Part shown: positions 37,670 to 48,200 of the stretch, piece after piece
How positions within the stretch are numbered: the first letter of the stretch is position 1
Layout of the letters: each line of letters begins with the position of its first letter
DNA from: Candidatus Latescibacterota bacterium
Lineage (GTDB): Bacteria; Latescibacterota; UBA2968; UBA8231
Assembly: GCA_965200315.1 (NCBI GenBank)
Contig: OZ241362.1
Location: 4,096,001-4,160,000 of the forward strand
Direction of reading: 5' to 3'
Length of the DNA stretch: 64,000 bases
Translations under genes and position numbers: made by a program
The notes under the pieces: model-generated
Databases searched by the model: none
Seen by the model: the letters and a program-made list of their open reading frames with translations, nothing else
What the model was told of the DNA's origin: nothing

Positions 37670-39042
37670 CAGACGCCGGCCTTGAGCCTTGCGAAGGAGA
37701 CCTTGTCGTCGAGCAGGGTCAGGGCCGCAAAGCTCTCGATGTCGGTACGCGAGGGGTCGATCCGGGAGACGGCATTGAGCAAAAAGCTCTGCTGCCGGTC
37801 GTTGCGCGGGCTGGCGGTCAGGAGACGTTGGTTAAACTCCGCTTTGTCTTCCTCGCTCTTGTTGGCTAGCCGCTCGCCCAGCCACGCCGCCATCGCCGCG
37901 TCGGTTTCATTGGCCGCAATTGCCTCGGCGAAGGCTTCTTGGTCGGTGCCGAGAAAGTCCAGTACCGCGCGGTCGAAACCCGAATCCTCGCCGCACCAGT
38001 ACTCGCCAAGGCAATTGCAGTGCGCTGCGCGGAATTTGTCGATCATCCGCGCTAGGCAGGCGAGGCCGCCGACGCTCAGATCAAACGGGCTGCGCGGCGG
38101 GTGCCGGCGCAAGTCCGTCAGCCCAAAGCTCAACTCGTCGTCGAGGTCTTGCAGGTCGAAGAAGCTCTGGACATCTACGCGCTCGGGCGCGATTTCGGCG
38201 CGGCGCGAGGCGAGCCGTTCGCGCATCTGGTCGTAGTCGCCGGTACTGGCGCGTGCGGCGTCGAATATATCCGGGTGATGTGAATGATGGAGCGGATGGG
38301 CGGGGTGGCGGCCGACATTAGCGCGGCAGACGCTGAAGGCGTTTTTGTCCGCGGCTGACTTCTGGCAGCGCTCGGCGATCCACTCGGTCAGCTCGTCGTC
38401 GTTGGGATTTTCGTACGCCGCTTGGCGAAAGGCGTCCTCTGCAATGCCCAAGAATTCGAGGATGGCCGCGTCTTGGCTGGAGTCGGCACCGAAGCGGTAC
38501 TCACCCAACTTGCCGCAGGTGACCGCCCGCGCCTTGTCGGCCATGCGCGCCGTACCTGCCACACCGAAGACGCTGCGGATATATGGGCTGCGCGGCGGTT
38601 GAGAGGTTAGGTCTAGGTCCCTGAATGCGCCCCAATCGTCTAGCTCAATGGAAGCGAAGACCGTCTTGATGTCCGTGCGATCCGGGGCGTACTTGGCTAT
38701 CCGTTCGACGAGCAGCCGCTCGTGTAGCTCGTCTTGCGGCTCGCGGGTGAGGTGTTCCTCGTTGAAGGCGTCGATCTCCGATTGGCCTTTCTGCGCTCTT
38801 TCCAGCGCCATGACGCCTAAGGTCTCGTCGTCTAGCTCAGCGACAGCCTCGGCGAACTCAGCGGCGTCCATATTGATGAATTCGAGCACTTCGACGTCGA
38901 GGCCGGAGTCGTCTCCATACTTGAACTCGCCAATGGTCCCGGTATTGTGGCCGCGCGCCTTGTCGATCATGCGCGCCAGCCCGACGATGCCGGCGACTTG
39001 GGCGTTGGAGGATCGGCGAGGCGGTTGTCTCGTTAGGTCCAT
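37669..39042 (-). CDS. Protein with three tandem DUF5069-like domains
   Basis: Three repeats of DL..QPPRS...G...LARM.DK.RA...G.+GEY..G.DS..D..+L.FLG; AGGAG RBS. Confidence 0.85.
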   Translation of the reverse strand: MDLTRQPPRRSSNAQVAGIVGLARMIDKARGHNTGTIGEFKYGDDSGLDVEVLEFINMDAAEFAEAVAELDDETLGVMALERAQKGQSEIDAFNEEHLTREPQDELHERLLVERIAKYAPDRTDIKTVFASIELDDWGAFRDLDLTSQPPRSPYIRSVFGVAGTARMADKARAVTCGKLGEYRFGADSSQDAAILEFLGIAEDAFRQAAYENPNDDELTEWIAERCQKSAADKNAFSVCRANVGRHPAHPLHHSHHPDIFDAARASTGDYDQMRERLASRRAEIAPERVDVQSFFDLQDLDDELSFGLTDLRRHPPRSPFDLSVGGLACLARMIDKFRAAHCNCLGEYWCGEDSGFDRAVLDFLGTDQEAFAEAIAANETDAAMAAWLGERLANKSEEDKAEFNQRLLTASPRNDRQQSFLLNAVSRIDPSRTDIESFAALTLLDDKVSFARLKAGV

Positions 39043-39142
39043 GAGTGTAGCTCCTGTGTTTTGGGTGAGGGTTTTCAATATACCAACCTTAGAAGGGGCG
39101 GCAATGTTTGACGCCTCTAAGGGCGGCTTCTATACTCTGCCC

Positions 39143-39949
39143 ATGCCCGAGCTACCCGAGGTAGAAACCGTCCGCAGCGCGATGGAGTGCCACCTGCTAG
39201 GCCGGCCAATCGCCTGTGTCCGCGTCAGTGCAAAACGCCTGCGCGAACCGTTGCCGAGGGCCGCGCTGCGCTCTTTGGTCGGGGGCTGCTTTGTGGCCGC
39301 TCGCCGCCGCGCCAAGTTCCTCCTCCTCGATCTGCAATCGGGCCGGACGCTCCTGGTCCATCTCGGCATGAGCGGCAACCTGCTCTTGCGTGCGTGGGGA
39401 GCCAAGCACGACCACGTGGGCCTTGAGTTGGCCGACGGGGGTGCTGTAGTGTTCAACGACCCGCGGCGCTTTGGCCTAGTGCTGGTGCTCGACGAGGGCG
39501 AGGAGCACACGTGCCGGTACTTGCAAAACCTCGGTCCCGAGCCGCTCTCCCGCGCCTTTAACGCCCGCTATCTCCAAGCCCAATGCCAGCGGCGCAAAAG
39601 CCCGATCAAGAACCTCATTATGGACAGCCGCACGGTAGTAGGCGTGGGCAATATCTACGCCAGCGAGGCCCTCTTCCGGGCGCGCATTCACCCGGCGACC
39701 CCGGCCGCGGCCATTGAGCCGCCGCGCTTAGCTCTGCTCGCCCAAGAGATCAAAAAGGTGCTGCGCGTTGCCATTGACCAAGGCGGCACGACCATCAGCG
39801 ACTATCAGGGGTCGGGTGCGGGCGGGCGCTTTCAGCAGCGGCTCCACGTTTACGGCCGCCAAGGCGAGGACTGCCGAGTCTGCGACGCGCCCATCGAGAG
39901 CTTTTACTTGGGAGGCCGCAACACCTTCTATTGCCCAAGTTGCCAATAA
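39143..39949 (+). CDS. mutM: Formamidopyrimidine-DNA glycosylase
   Basis: MPELPEVE, HLGMSG, DPRRFG, GVGNIYASE, C-terminal zinc finger. Confidence 0.97.
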   Translation: MPELPEVETVRSAMECHLLGRPIACVRVSAKRLREPLPRAALRSLVGGCFVAARRRAKFLLLDLQSGRTLLVHLGMSGNLLLRAWGAKHDHVGLELADGGAVVFNDPRRFGLVLVLDEGEEHTCRYLQNLGPEPLSRAFNARYLQAQCQRRKSPIKNLIMDSRTVVGVGNIYASEALFRARIHPATPAAAIEPPRLALLAQEIKKVLRVAIDQGGTTISDYQGSGAGGRFQQRLHVYGRQGEDCRVCDAPIESFYLGGRNTFYCPSCQ

Positions 39950-39976
39950 AAACGCCGGCCCCATTTGGGACCGGCG
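39948..39976. terminator. Hairpin between convergent mutM and clpP
   Basis: AAAAA-CGCCGGCCCC-attt-GGGACCGGCG. Confidence 0.5.
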
Positions 39977-40003
39977 CGGCAAGCAATAAACGAAGGGATG
40001 GCG

Positions 40004-40612
40004 CTACTTTTGGGCGTACCCGTTGGGTGAGGGTGCCGTGGTGGTGATGATGTCGTCGAGCAGGCCGTATCCTTTGGCTTCTTCGGCCGACATGAAAAAG
40101 TCGCGGTCCGTGTCTTTGGAGATCTTTTCGACCGGTTGGCCGGTGTGCTTGGCGTAGAGCGCGTTTAGCTCTTCGCGCAGGCGGATCGTCTCCTTGGCGC
40201 GGATGTCGAGGTCGATCGCCGTGCCAGTGACTGTGTGGAGGATGCTCGGCTGATGGATCATAATCCGGGCGTGCGGCCAAGCGAAGCGACGCCCTGGCTC
40301 GCCAGCCGACAGTAGGAATGAGCCCATGCTCATGGCCATGCCCATGCACACCGTGGAAACGGGTGCCTGAATCGCCAGCATGGCGTCGTAGATAGCCATG
40401 CCATCGTGAACCGAGCCGCCGGGACTGTTGATATAGAGGACGATTTCCTTGGTTGGATCCTCGACATCCAGCGAGAGCAGGCGAGTGACCACGGCCTTGG
40501 CCGACTCGTCATTGACGTCGGACCAGAGAAATATTTTGCGCGCTTTGTACAGGCTCTCCTCCAAGTTTTTTTCTTGGAGGGTTTTGAGTAGATTTTCTTC
40601 TTTTTCAGCCAT
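40004..40612 (-). CDS. clpP: ATP-dependent Clp protease proteolytic subunit
   Basis: YINSPGGSV, GMAMSMGS, RIMIHQP, DRDFFMSAEEA. Confidence 0.95.
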   Translation of the reverse strand: MAEKEENLLKTLQEKNLEESLYKARKIFLWSDVNDESAKAVVTRLLSLDVEDPTKEIVLYINSPGGSVHDGMAIYDAMLAIQAPVSTVCMGMAMSMGSFLLSAGEPGRRFAWPHARIMIHQPSILHTVTGTAIDLDIRAKETIRLREELNALYAKHTGQPVEKISKDTDRDFFMSAEEAKGYGLLDDIITTTAPSPNGYAQK

Positions 40613-40646
40613 TAAAATATCTCCATAACTCTGAAATTGTTCTACT

Positions 40647-42125
40647 GTGTTCGGGTTTCTCAATATACGCGGCGGCCCCAACAGCGTCAATCTGCTGTGC
40701 CTCGTTCTGCTGGGGCTCAAGCTCTGGCTGGTCGCCGATGTGGAACTGGGTAAGGACGAGGCTGTTTACTGGTATTGGGGACAGCACCTCGACGCCTCCT
40801 ACGCGCTCTTGCCGCTGGCCGTCTTCAAGCTCGCCCACGCGCTCTATCCGCACCAAGAGTGGTTTCTGCGGCTGCCCTCTGCTTTGTTGGGAGCACTTGC
40901 CACCGCGTTCGTCTATTGGCTTTGCAGGATGCAGGGTCTCGCCAAGCAACTGGCGCTGTGGGCCGCCGCCGCTTTCGCGCTCAGCCATTGGACTTGGCAC
41001 ACCAGTTCCTACCTGCATCCCGATGGATTCTTAGTCCCGTGTTGGCTGCTGGCCTTGTGCATGGCTCGTCAGGCCGCAGTAACCAACGCGCTGCGGCTCT
41101 ATATATACATGGGTTTAGCGGCGGGCTTGGCCGTCCTCTGCAAGTACTCGGGGGCCTTTCTCGTCGGCGGGCTTGGCCTGTGGATCGCGCTCGATAAACA
41201 AGGGAGAGCGCGCTGGCACCTGCTCGCGGCATTCCTCCTGCCCGCTTTCGCCGTGGCCGCGCCGCTCACCTACACTCAGTTCAGTACCGGCTTCTATCTG
41301 CCGCAGACGCTGAGTACTCTTTCGCGCATTGACTACCTCGGCCATCCTCTCTCTCGCTTACTCTTCTTTGCGGCCAGTCCGCTCTTTTTTTTATCGCCGT
41401 TTTTGCTGTTCCTGCTGTATGCCGGCTTGGTGCGGGCAGCCAAACAGCGCGACCTCCTCGCCCTGCTCCCCGCGCTCTGCACCATCGGTGCTTTTTTGTT
41501 TTTCGCGCTCGGCCGCGGTCAAATCAAAGGCAACTGGTTCCTGCCGGGCCTGCTGAGCCTGTGGCCTGTGGCGTTTGCGGCACAGCCTAGACGCTGGCTG
41601 CTCGTCGCGGTGGTCGCCACCGGGTTGCTGCAATCGCTCGCCATTGGGCTGGGATTGAAATACCCCGGTATCTACAGCGATCTGGCTGCACGCAGCGGGC
41701 TGGACAAAAGCTATGTTGGTTTGGTGTCGGAGGAAGACCGGGGCCGCGAGCCAGCCTACTCGTGGAGCGAGCGTCTTTGCGAGTACAGCGGCTGGAGGCA
41801 CTTCGCGGCCGACGTGGAGGAGGTTGTTCCACCGCTGCCATTGCTGAGCACGCAGTACAGCATACCGTTTGCGCTGGCGTATTACGGGCGGGCCGAGCGG
41901 GGATACTACACGGTTGATGATCCTCGGTTCCGGGACCTGACGGATTTTTACGGACAGCGCAAGAGGTCCTATCCAGCAGAAGTGCTCTTCGCCGTGCGAA
42001 CGGGCGGAAAGGTTCCCGAATCGCTACACGCTACGTATCCACGGCGGGAGTTGCTCGCGGCAATAGAGCGTCGCCGTGCGGGCTGTCCCTCCGTGTCTTA
42101 CCAGCTCTTCCGCTTAGGACGGTGA
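40647..42125 (+). CDS. GT-C membrane glycosyltransferase (ArnT/PMT, family 39-like)
   Basis: DEAVYWYWG, PDG, KYSG, multiple TMs; exact start uncertain. Confidence 0.85.
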   Translation: MFGFLNIRGGPNSVNLLCLVLLGLKLWLVADVELGKDEAVYWYWGQHLDASYALLPLAVFKLAHALYPHQEWFLRLPSALLGALATAFVYWLCRMQGLAKQLALWAAAAFALSHWTWHTSSYLHPDGFLVPCWLLALCMARQAAVTNALRLYIYMGLAAGLAVLCKYSGAFLVGGLGLWIALDKQGRARWHLLAAFLLPAFAVAAPLTYTQFSTGFYLPQTLSTLSRIDYLGHPLSRLLFFAASPLFFLSPFLLFLLYAGLVRAAKQRDLLALLPALCTIGAFLFFALGRGQIKGNWFLPGLLSLWPVAFAAQPRRWLLVAVVATGLLQSLAIGLGLKYPGIYSDLAARSGLDKSYVGLVSEEDRGREPAYSWSERLCEYSGWRHFAADVEEVVPPLPLLSTQYSIPFALAYYGRAERGYYTVDDPRFRDLTDFYGQRKRSYPAEVLFAVRTGGKVPESLHATYPRRELLAAIERRRAGCPSVSYQLFRLGR

Positions 42126-45100
42126 GCCGTTTGCCTCTTCCTTGCGTCCAAACGCCGACGTCATAATCCGCTGCATCGCCGTGCGGAAATCGTCGAAAAA
42201 GGTGTAAAACAGCGGCACCAACAAAAGCGTCAGCACCATGGAAGCCAGCAGGCCGCCGATCATCGTCCGGCCCAGCGGCGCGTAGGCCATGCCTACCATC
42301 TTGGAATTGCCCGCGGCCATTGGAATCAGCCCGAAAGCGGTAGTGAAGGTCGTCATCAGGATCGGCCGGAAGCGGTGCCGGCCGGCCTCCAGCAGCGCGT
42401 CGTAGCGCGACTTGCCCTCGGCCCGGAGCCGGTTGGCTAAGTCGATCAACACGATGGCGTTGTTTACTACCACGCCGATTAGGATCACCGAGCCGATCAT
42501 CGACATGATTTCAAAGGGCGTGTCGGTCAGATATAGAACCCAGTAAACTCCAAGGAAAGAGAATGGGATGGACACGATCACCGACAGCGGCAGCACGAAC
42601 GACTCGAAGAGCACCCCCATCAGCAAAAAGACGAAGGTCACGGACATGATCAGGGCGAACTTCTGAGACTGGTCCTGCCCCGCTAGTTCCGCAAATCGGC
42701 TGCCCTTGTCCCAGCGGTAGCCACGCGGCATCTCAAAGCCCTGCATCACCTGATCGACTTGGGCGAAAAGATGTTGCGCCCGGTCCTTGGTGGCGCGGGC
42801 GCTGACATTGAGCATGGTCTGGCGGTTCTCGCGTCGGATGTTGCCCAGCGTGCGCTCGACGTAGATGTCCGCCAGCGACTCGAGGGACACTTCGCGGCCA
42901 TCGGCGGTGGGGAAGTTTTGGGTGCGCAAATCGTCTAGGCTCTGGCTGTCGTAGTTGGCTAGCTGCACGTGGATATCGACCTCGCGGCCGTCGTCGGTGT
43001 GGAACTTGTTGATATCCGTGCCGCGCAGTGCATAGGCAATGCCGCCCGAAATCATCTGGGGATCCACGCCGAAGCGCTGAATTTGGTCGCGGTCGAGGCG
43101 CACTTGTAGCTCGGTGCCGCCGCGGTCCATGTCGGTGTTGACCGACAGCAAGCCGGGGATGCTCTCCAGCCGCCGTTCGACCTCGGCGGCTAGCTCGATC
43201 AGCACCTTGGTGTCCTCGCCATATAGGCTGACATTGACTCGGGAATCCTGCTCGGAATTTTCCCAGTTGACCCGCAAGGTGATGCCCGGCGGCAAGTAGA
43301 GCCGCGCGCGGAGATCCTTTTCGACTTCCTTGTAGGTGAGGTACTCCTGTTCCTTCAGACCCAGCGCGATGTTCAGATTGTCCCAAGCCACCTCATACCA
43401 CTCCACGTCCTCCTCTTCGGCGAAAAACAGCGTCACCCGGCCCCAACCACGGCGGAAGTAGGTGCGCAGCATTTCGACGTTGTATTCCGCCTTGCGGGCC
43501 ATTACCGTGTCCTCGACGGCACTCATAAACTGCTCGGCCCGGTCCAGCGACTGACCCGAAGGCATCTCAAAGGCCAAGTCCATCCGCACCTCGTTGCGCT
43601 CCTGACTGTCGGTGCGCTCCATGCTGTCCATTGGGACCTTGATGCTGGCAAACAGGACCAAGGCGATGACGAAGGCGTCGAGGCGATTGTTCAGCACCCA
43701 ACTCAGCGAGCGCACATAGTACCTGCGGGGCCAAGCGATCACGTGCGGCTCGCTTTTTTCCTTGCTCGTCGCCAGCTTGAGCGCGGCGAGGGGGATAAAG
43801 ATCAGGGCGATGATCAGCGAAGCCACCAGCCCTGCGATGACCGGCAGGCCGATTCTGAGCATCCAAAACGAGAACATCTCCTCGTCGCTCATCAGAATCA
43901 GGGGCAAGAAGACCACCACCGTCGTCAGAGTCGCCATGGTCACCGCCAGCCCCACTTCGCCAGCCCCTTCAACCGAAGCCGTGCGCGGGGCGATACCTGC
44001 TTGGCGCTTGCGGTAGATGTTTTCGACGATGACGATGGCGTTGTCAACCACCAGTCCTAAGCTCAGCATCAGACCCATCATCGTCGCCATATTCAACGAC
44101 CAGCCTATGAAGTACAAGGCGGTAATCGTCGCCAGAATCGACAGTGGAATCGCCAAGGTGATGATCAGGGTGATGCGCACGGCGCGCAAAAAGAAAAAGA
44201 GCACGATGGCCGCAAACAGCCCGCCCCACAGACCGGAATTTTTGAGATTGTCAACCGAGTTGATCACTTGGTCGCCTTGGTTCCAGACCAGCTTGAAATC
44301 CAAGCCTTCGAGCTTGGGATGATCCCTTAGTTTCTCGAGGGCTTCCTTCACGCCATCGGCGACCTCGACGACATTGGCACCCGAAGCCTTAGTGACGCCG
44401 AAGGCCAGTGCCTCCTTGCGATCAATGCGGTTGACCCAATCTTGGTTTCGCCGCTTATAGGAAACCTCGGCGATGTCGCCCAACCGCAGCTGGTGCTCGG
44501 GATCAACCACGGTGTTGGCGATCTCTTCAATGTTTTGGAAGCGGCCCACGGAGCGAACGTAAATTTTCTTGCCGCCCTCGATCACCCATCCCCCAGGCAC
44601 GGTGAGGTTTTGGGCGCGCAGGCTGTTGAGGGTCTCAAAAATGTTGATCTGGTGGCCGTGTACCTTGCCTTGGTCCAACTCGACTATGACCTGTTTGCTG
44701 GGCGAGCCCCAAAGCTCAATGTTGCCGACCCCATCGACGCGGCGCAGCGCCGGCTCCACATAGGTATCGATAAGCTGGCGCGGGTCGGCGTATTGGTTTC
44801 CAAAGGTGATGACGATCTCCATTATCGGGATGTCGTTTTGATCCCAGCGCCGGACCCACAGTTGCTCAATCTCGTCGGGTAGCTCGGGCATCACTCGGTC
44901 GAGGCGATCCTTCATCTCGGCGAAAGCCAATTGCAGATCGGTGCCCTTCTGGAACTCGACCTGGACATTGCCGCCGCTGTTGTGGGCTTCGGAGCGAATT
45001 CGCTTGACCCGACTGACTTGGGCGACGGCCTCTTCAAGGTGGCGGACCACCTTTTGCTCGACCTCGACTGCTCCGGCGTTGGGATAGTAAGCCCAAGCGA

Positions 45101-45257
45101 AGAGCCGGGGATAGTCGAACCCTTCGGGGAAAAGCGTCAGCGGGATCCGCGTGTAGGCGATGTAGCCCACCACCAGCAGCGCGACCAGCGACATCACCAC
45201 GGTCACCGGCCGATTGACCGAAAAGCGCGGCAGGGGGTACTGGTTTTGCTTTTCCAT
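42114..45257 (-). CDS. RND efflux permease subunit
   Basis: RPVT, GLVVDNAIVIVENI, GVVVNNAI, RFRPILMTT. Confidence 0.95.
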   Translation of the reverse strand: MEKQNQYPLPRFSVNRPVTVVMSLVALLVVGYIAYTRIPLTLFPEGFDYPRLFAWAYYPNAGAVEVEQKVVRHLEEAVAQVSRVKRIRSEAHNSGGNVQVEFQKGTDLQLAFAEMKDRLDRVMPELPDEIEQLWVRRWDQNDIPIMEIVITFGNQYADPRQLIDTYVEPALRRVDGVGNIELWGSPSKQVIVELDQGKVHGHQINIFETLNSLRAQNLTVPGGWVIEGGKKIYVRSVGRFQNIEEIANTVVDPEHQLRLGDIAEVSYKRRNQDWVNRIDRKEALAFGVTKASGANVVEVADGVKEALEKLRDHPKLEGLDFKLVWNQGDQVINSVDNLKNSGLWGGLFAAIVLFFFLRAVRITLIITLAIPLSILATITALYFIGWSLNMATMMGLMLSLGLVVDNAIVIVENIYRKRQAGIAPRTASVEGAGEVGLAVTMATLTTVVVFLPLILMSDEEMFSFWMLRIGLPVIAGLVASLIIALIFIPLAALKLATSKEKSEPHVIAWPRRYYVRSLSWVLNNRLDAFVIALVLFASIKVPMDSMERTDSQERNEVRMDLAFEMPSGQSLDRAEQFMSAVEDTVMARKAEYNVEMLRTYFRRGWGRVTLFFAEEEDVEWYEVAWDNLNIALGLKEQEYLTYKEVEKDLRARLYLPPGITLRVNWENSEQDSRVNVSLYGEDTKVLIELAAEVERRLESIPGLLSVNTDMDRGGTELQVRLDRDQIQRFGVDPQMISGGIAYALRGTDINKFHTDDGREVDIHVQLANYDSQSLDDLRTQNFPTADGREVSLESLADIYVERTLGNIRRENRQTMLNVSARATKDRAQHLFAQVDQVMQGFEMPRGYRWDKGSRFAELAGQDQSQKFALIMSVTFVFLLMGVLFESFVLPLSVIVSIPFSFLGVYWVLYLTDTPFEIMSMIGSVILIGVVVNNAIVLIDLANRLRAEGKSRYDALLEAGRHRFRPILMTTFTTAFGLIPMAAGNSKMVGMAYAPLGRTMIGGLLASMVLTLLLVPLFYTFFDDFRTAMQRIMTSAFGRKEEANGSPS

Positions 45258-45266
45258 CGGTTCCTC

Positions 45267-48200
45267 CTAGGCCCGGCGATCGACCACTGAATACACGGTC
45301 GGGATCACTACGAGGGTGAGGAAGGTGGAAGAGATGAGGCCGGCGATCACGGTCAGGGCCATCGGCGTGCGAATCTCGGCCCCTTCGCCTAGCCCCAAGG
45401 CCATCGGCAGCAGCCCTAAGACCGTCGTCGCCGTGGTCATGGCGATCGGGCGCAACCGCACGGCACCGGCTTGAATGATGGCCTCGGTCTTTTTCATGCC
45501 GGTGCGGCGCAAGGTGTTGATATAGTCAACGAGCACGATAGCGTTGTTGACGACGATGCCGGCCAGCATGATCAGGCCGATAAAAACCACCACGCTCAGA
45601 GCCACCTGCGCCAGATAGAGCGCCACCACCACGCCGATCAGCGCCAGGGGCACCGTGAACATGATGATAAAGGGATGCACCAGCGATTCAAACTGGCTGG
45701 CCATCACCACATAGACGAGGAAAATAGCCAGCACCAAGGCGAAGTAGAGGCTCTGCAACGAGGTCTCCATCTCCTCGTTCTGGCCGCTGATCATAAAGTC
45801 GAAGCCCATCGGGAAGTCCATCTTCCCCAGTTCGTCGTGGATCAGGCCCGAGGCCGTGCCCAGATCGATACCTTGGATATTGGCCGTGATCAATGCGGCG
45901 CGCTGCTGGTCAATGCGGCGGATCTCGCTTGGCCCCTCGTTGACCTGGATATCGGCCACTGCGGAAAGCGGAATCGGAATCGGCGCATTGGGATTGATCA
46001 CCAGCCGCCGCAGCTCGTCGAGCCCTAGGCGGTCCTCCGCGCGCAGCCTCACCAGTACGTCGATCTGGCGCTCGTCTTGGCGAAAGTCAGTGGCGACCTT
46101 GCCCTGCACTTTGTGGCGCACTAGCTCGGCGACATTGCGCAGCGACAGGCCGTAGGCTGCGAGTTGGTCGCGCTTGTAGCTGATCTGTAGCTCGGGGTTG
46201 CCCGCCTGTAGCGACGATTTGACGTCGACTAGCCCGGGCAAACCAGCCATCCGCGACTCGGCTTCCAAACTCAACTGGCGCAACTGGCGCAGGTTGTAGC
46301 CGCGGATCTCGACCTCGATGGGCGTCTTGAAGCTGAACAGCGCCGGGTGCGAGACTTCGACCTCGATTTCGGGTATATCGTCAACCGCGTCGCGCAGGTG
46401 CCGGATCAACGCGGTCTCTTGCGCGGCGTTGGACCCCTCGGTCATGCGGATTGTTACTTGGGCGGTGTGCTCGCCTTCTTCGGCTGAGGAACTCGCCGAC
46501 CGATCGGTGCCCACGGTCGTCGCCACCCGGGCGACTAGGGGCTGTTCGCCGGCGAGCCCCTCTATCTGGCGCACGATCTCGGCAGTCTCTTCAAGCGGTG
46601 TGCCCACCGGTAGTCTGAGGTCGAGGTTGAATTCGGCTTGGTGGACTTGGGGAATCAGCTCGGTGCCCAAATCGGGCAGGAGCTTGTACCAGCAGACCAA
46701 CAGGGCGGCTAGGGCACCGCCGATAATCAGCAAGTGCTTCCTGAGTGCCCAGCCCAACAGGGCCGGATAGGTCTGCTGCACCAGCCCGAAGCCGCGTTCA
46801 AACACAAAGAGCAGCGGCAAAAAGACCGGCATCAGCAGGATGCCTAGCAGAAACAACACCAGCACCAGCCCTAGCCCGACGAGCATCAGCACCACTTGCA
46901 GGACGATGCTCACCAGCCTGAGCACCGTGCCAAAGACGAAGCGCACAGCCACCAGATAGAACAGCACCAGCGGTAGCGACAAGACTTTGAGTGTCTTCCA
47001 CGCTAGGTGCTTGGGCCTGTTCACCCAGTGCCAGTAGCGCTGCGCGGCCTCGCCGAGGCTGCGCGGCGATTCAAAGCTGAGGATGCCCGGCCAGACGCGC
47101 TCGAAGAAAGTCCACTTGCCAATGCGGCTTTCGGCAGCCCAAGCACTGACCCAATGCTGGAAGGTCCGCTCGCGCTTGAGCCAGAAGTATTCGACGGGTT
47201 TGATCAGCCACCACAACATCTCGGAAACGAGGAGAAAGGCTCCTTTGAGCACCGCCGCTACGAGGGTTGCTGCGGCCAGCCCCACCCGCAACAACACCTC
47301 GCCGACTAGGTAAGGCAGCGAGAGGGCCACCTGCGCCGCCTTGTGCCACCGGCTCCCCGGCTCGCTGAATATCGCACGGGCCCGGCTCATCGCCTGTAAG
47401 CGCAGAAAGTCGCTGCGACCGATCTGCTCGGCTAGCCCACTCTGGCGGTCGATTTGGCGCGAGGCCAGCATGGGAATGAAAAACAGCGCAACCCCCAACG
47501 AGGCCAACAGCGAGAACACGACCGTCAGCGCCATATCACCGAAGATCTGCCCGGCTATGCCCTCGACGAAGACGATGGGAAAAAACACCGTGATCGTCGT
47601 CAGCGTTGAGGCCAACACGGCGGTACCGACCTCGCTGGTGCCGCGGACGGTGGCTTGGACCAGATCGTCGCCTTCTTCCCGACAGCGGAAGATGCTTTCT
47701 AGCACCACGATCGAGTTGTCGACCAGCATCCCGATTCCGAGGGCCAACCCGCCGAGCGACATGATGTTGAGCGACACATCGAACATGTACATCGGCGCGA
47801 AGGTCGCCATGATCGACACCGGAATCGTCAGGCCGACGATCAGTGTGTGGACCACGTTGCGCAAGAATACAAAGAGCACTAGCACGGCCATCGTCCCGCC
47901 GATGATCGCGTTGATTTGGACCTCGGAGATCGAATTCTTGATAAAACCCGACTGGTCGGACAAAAGCTCCAGCTTGGCCCCCGGGGGCAGGCGATGGCTG
48001 ATGAAGTCGGTCATCCGCAAATGCTCCATCGCCTTGCGAGCCTCCTCCTGCTTTTTCTTTTCCAGCTCCTTTTGTTGCTCTTCCTCGTTCTTTTGCGCCG
48101 TAGCTCCTTCAGCCTCTTGCTTTTTTTGTTCCTCTCTTCGCTCGGCCATTTCTTGGGCTTCGCGGGCCTTCTGCTCCACGTACTCGCGCTGCTGTGGCAA

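Noticed and set aside
38648-39142. N-terminal extension of MutM (and similar extensions of mutY, dmpA2, mqnD, clpP ORFs)
   Set aside because: The extensions overlap real neighbouring genes; conserved starts (e.g. MPELPEVE) lie downstream.
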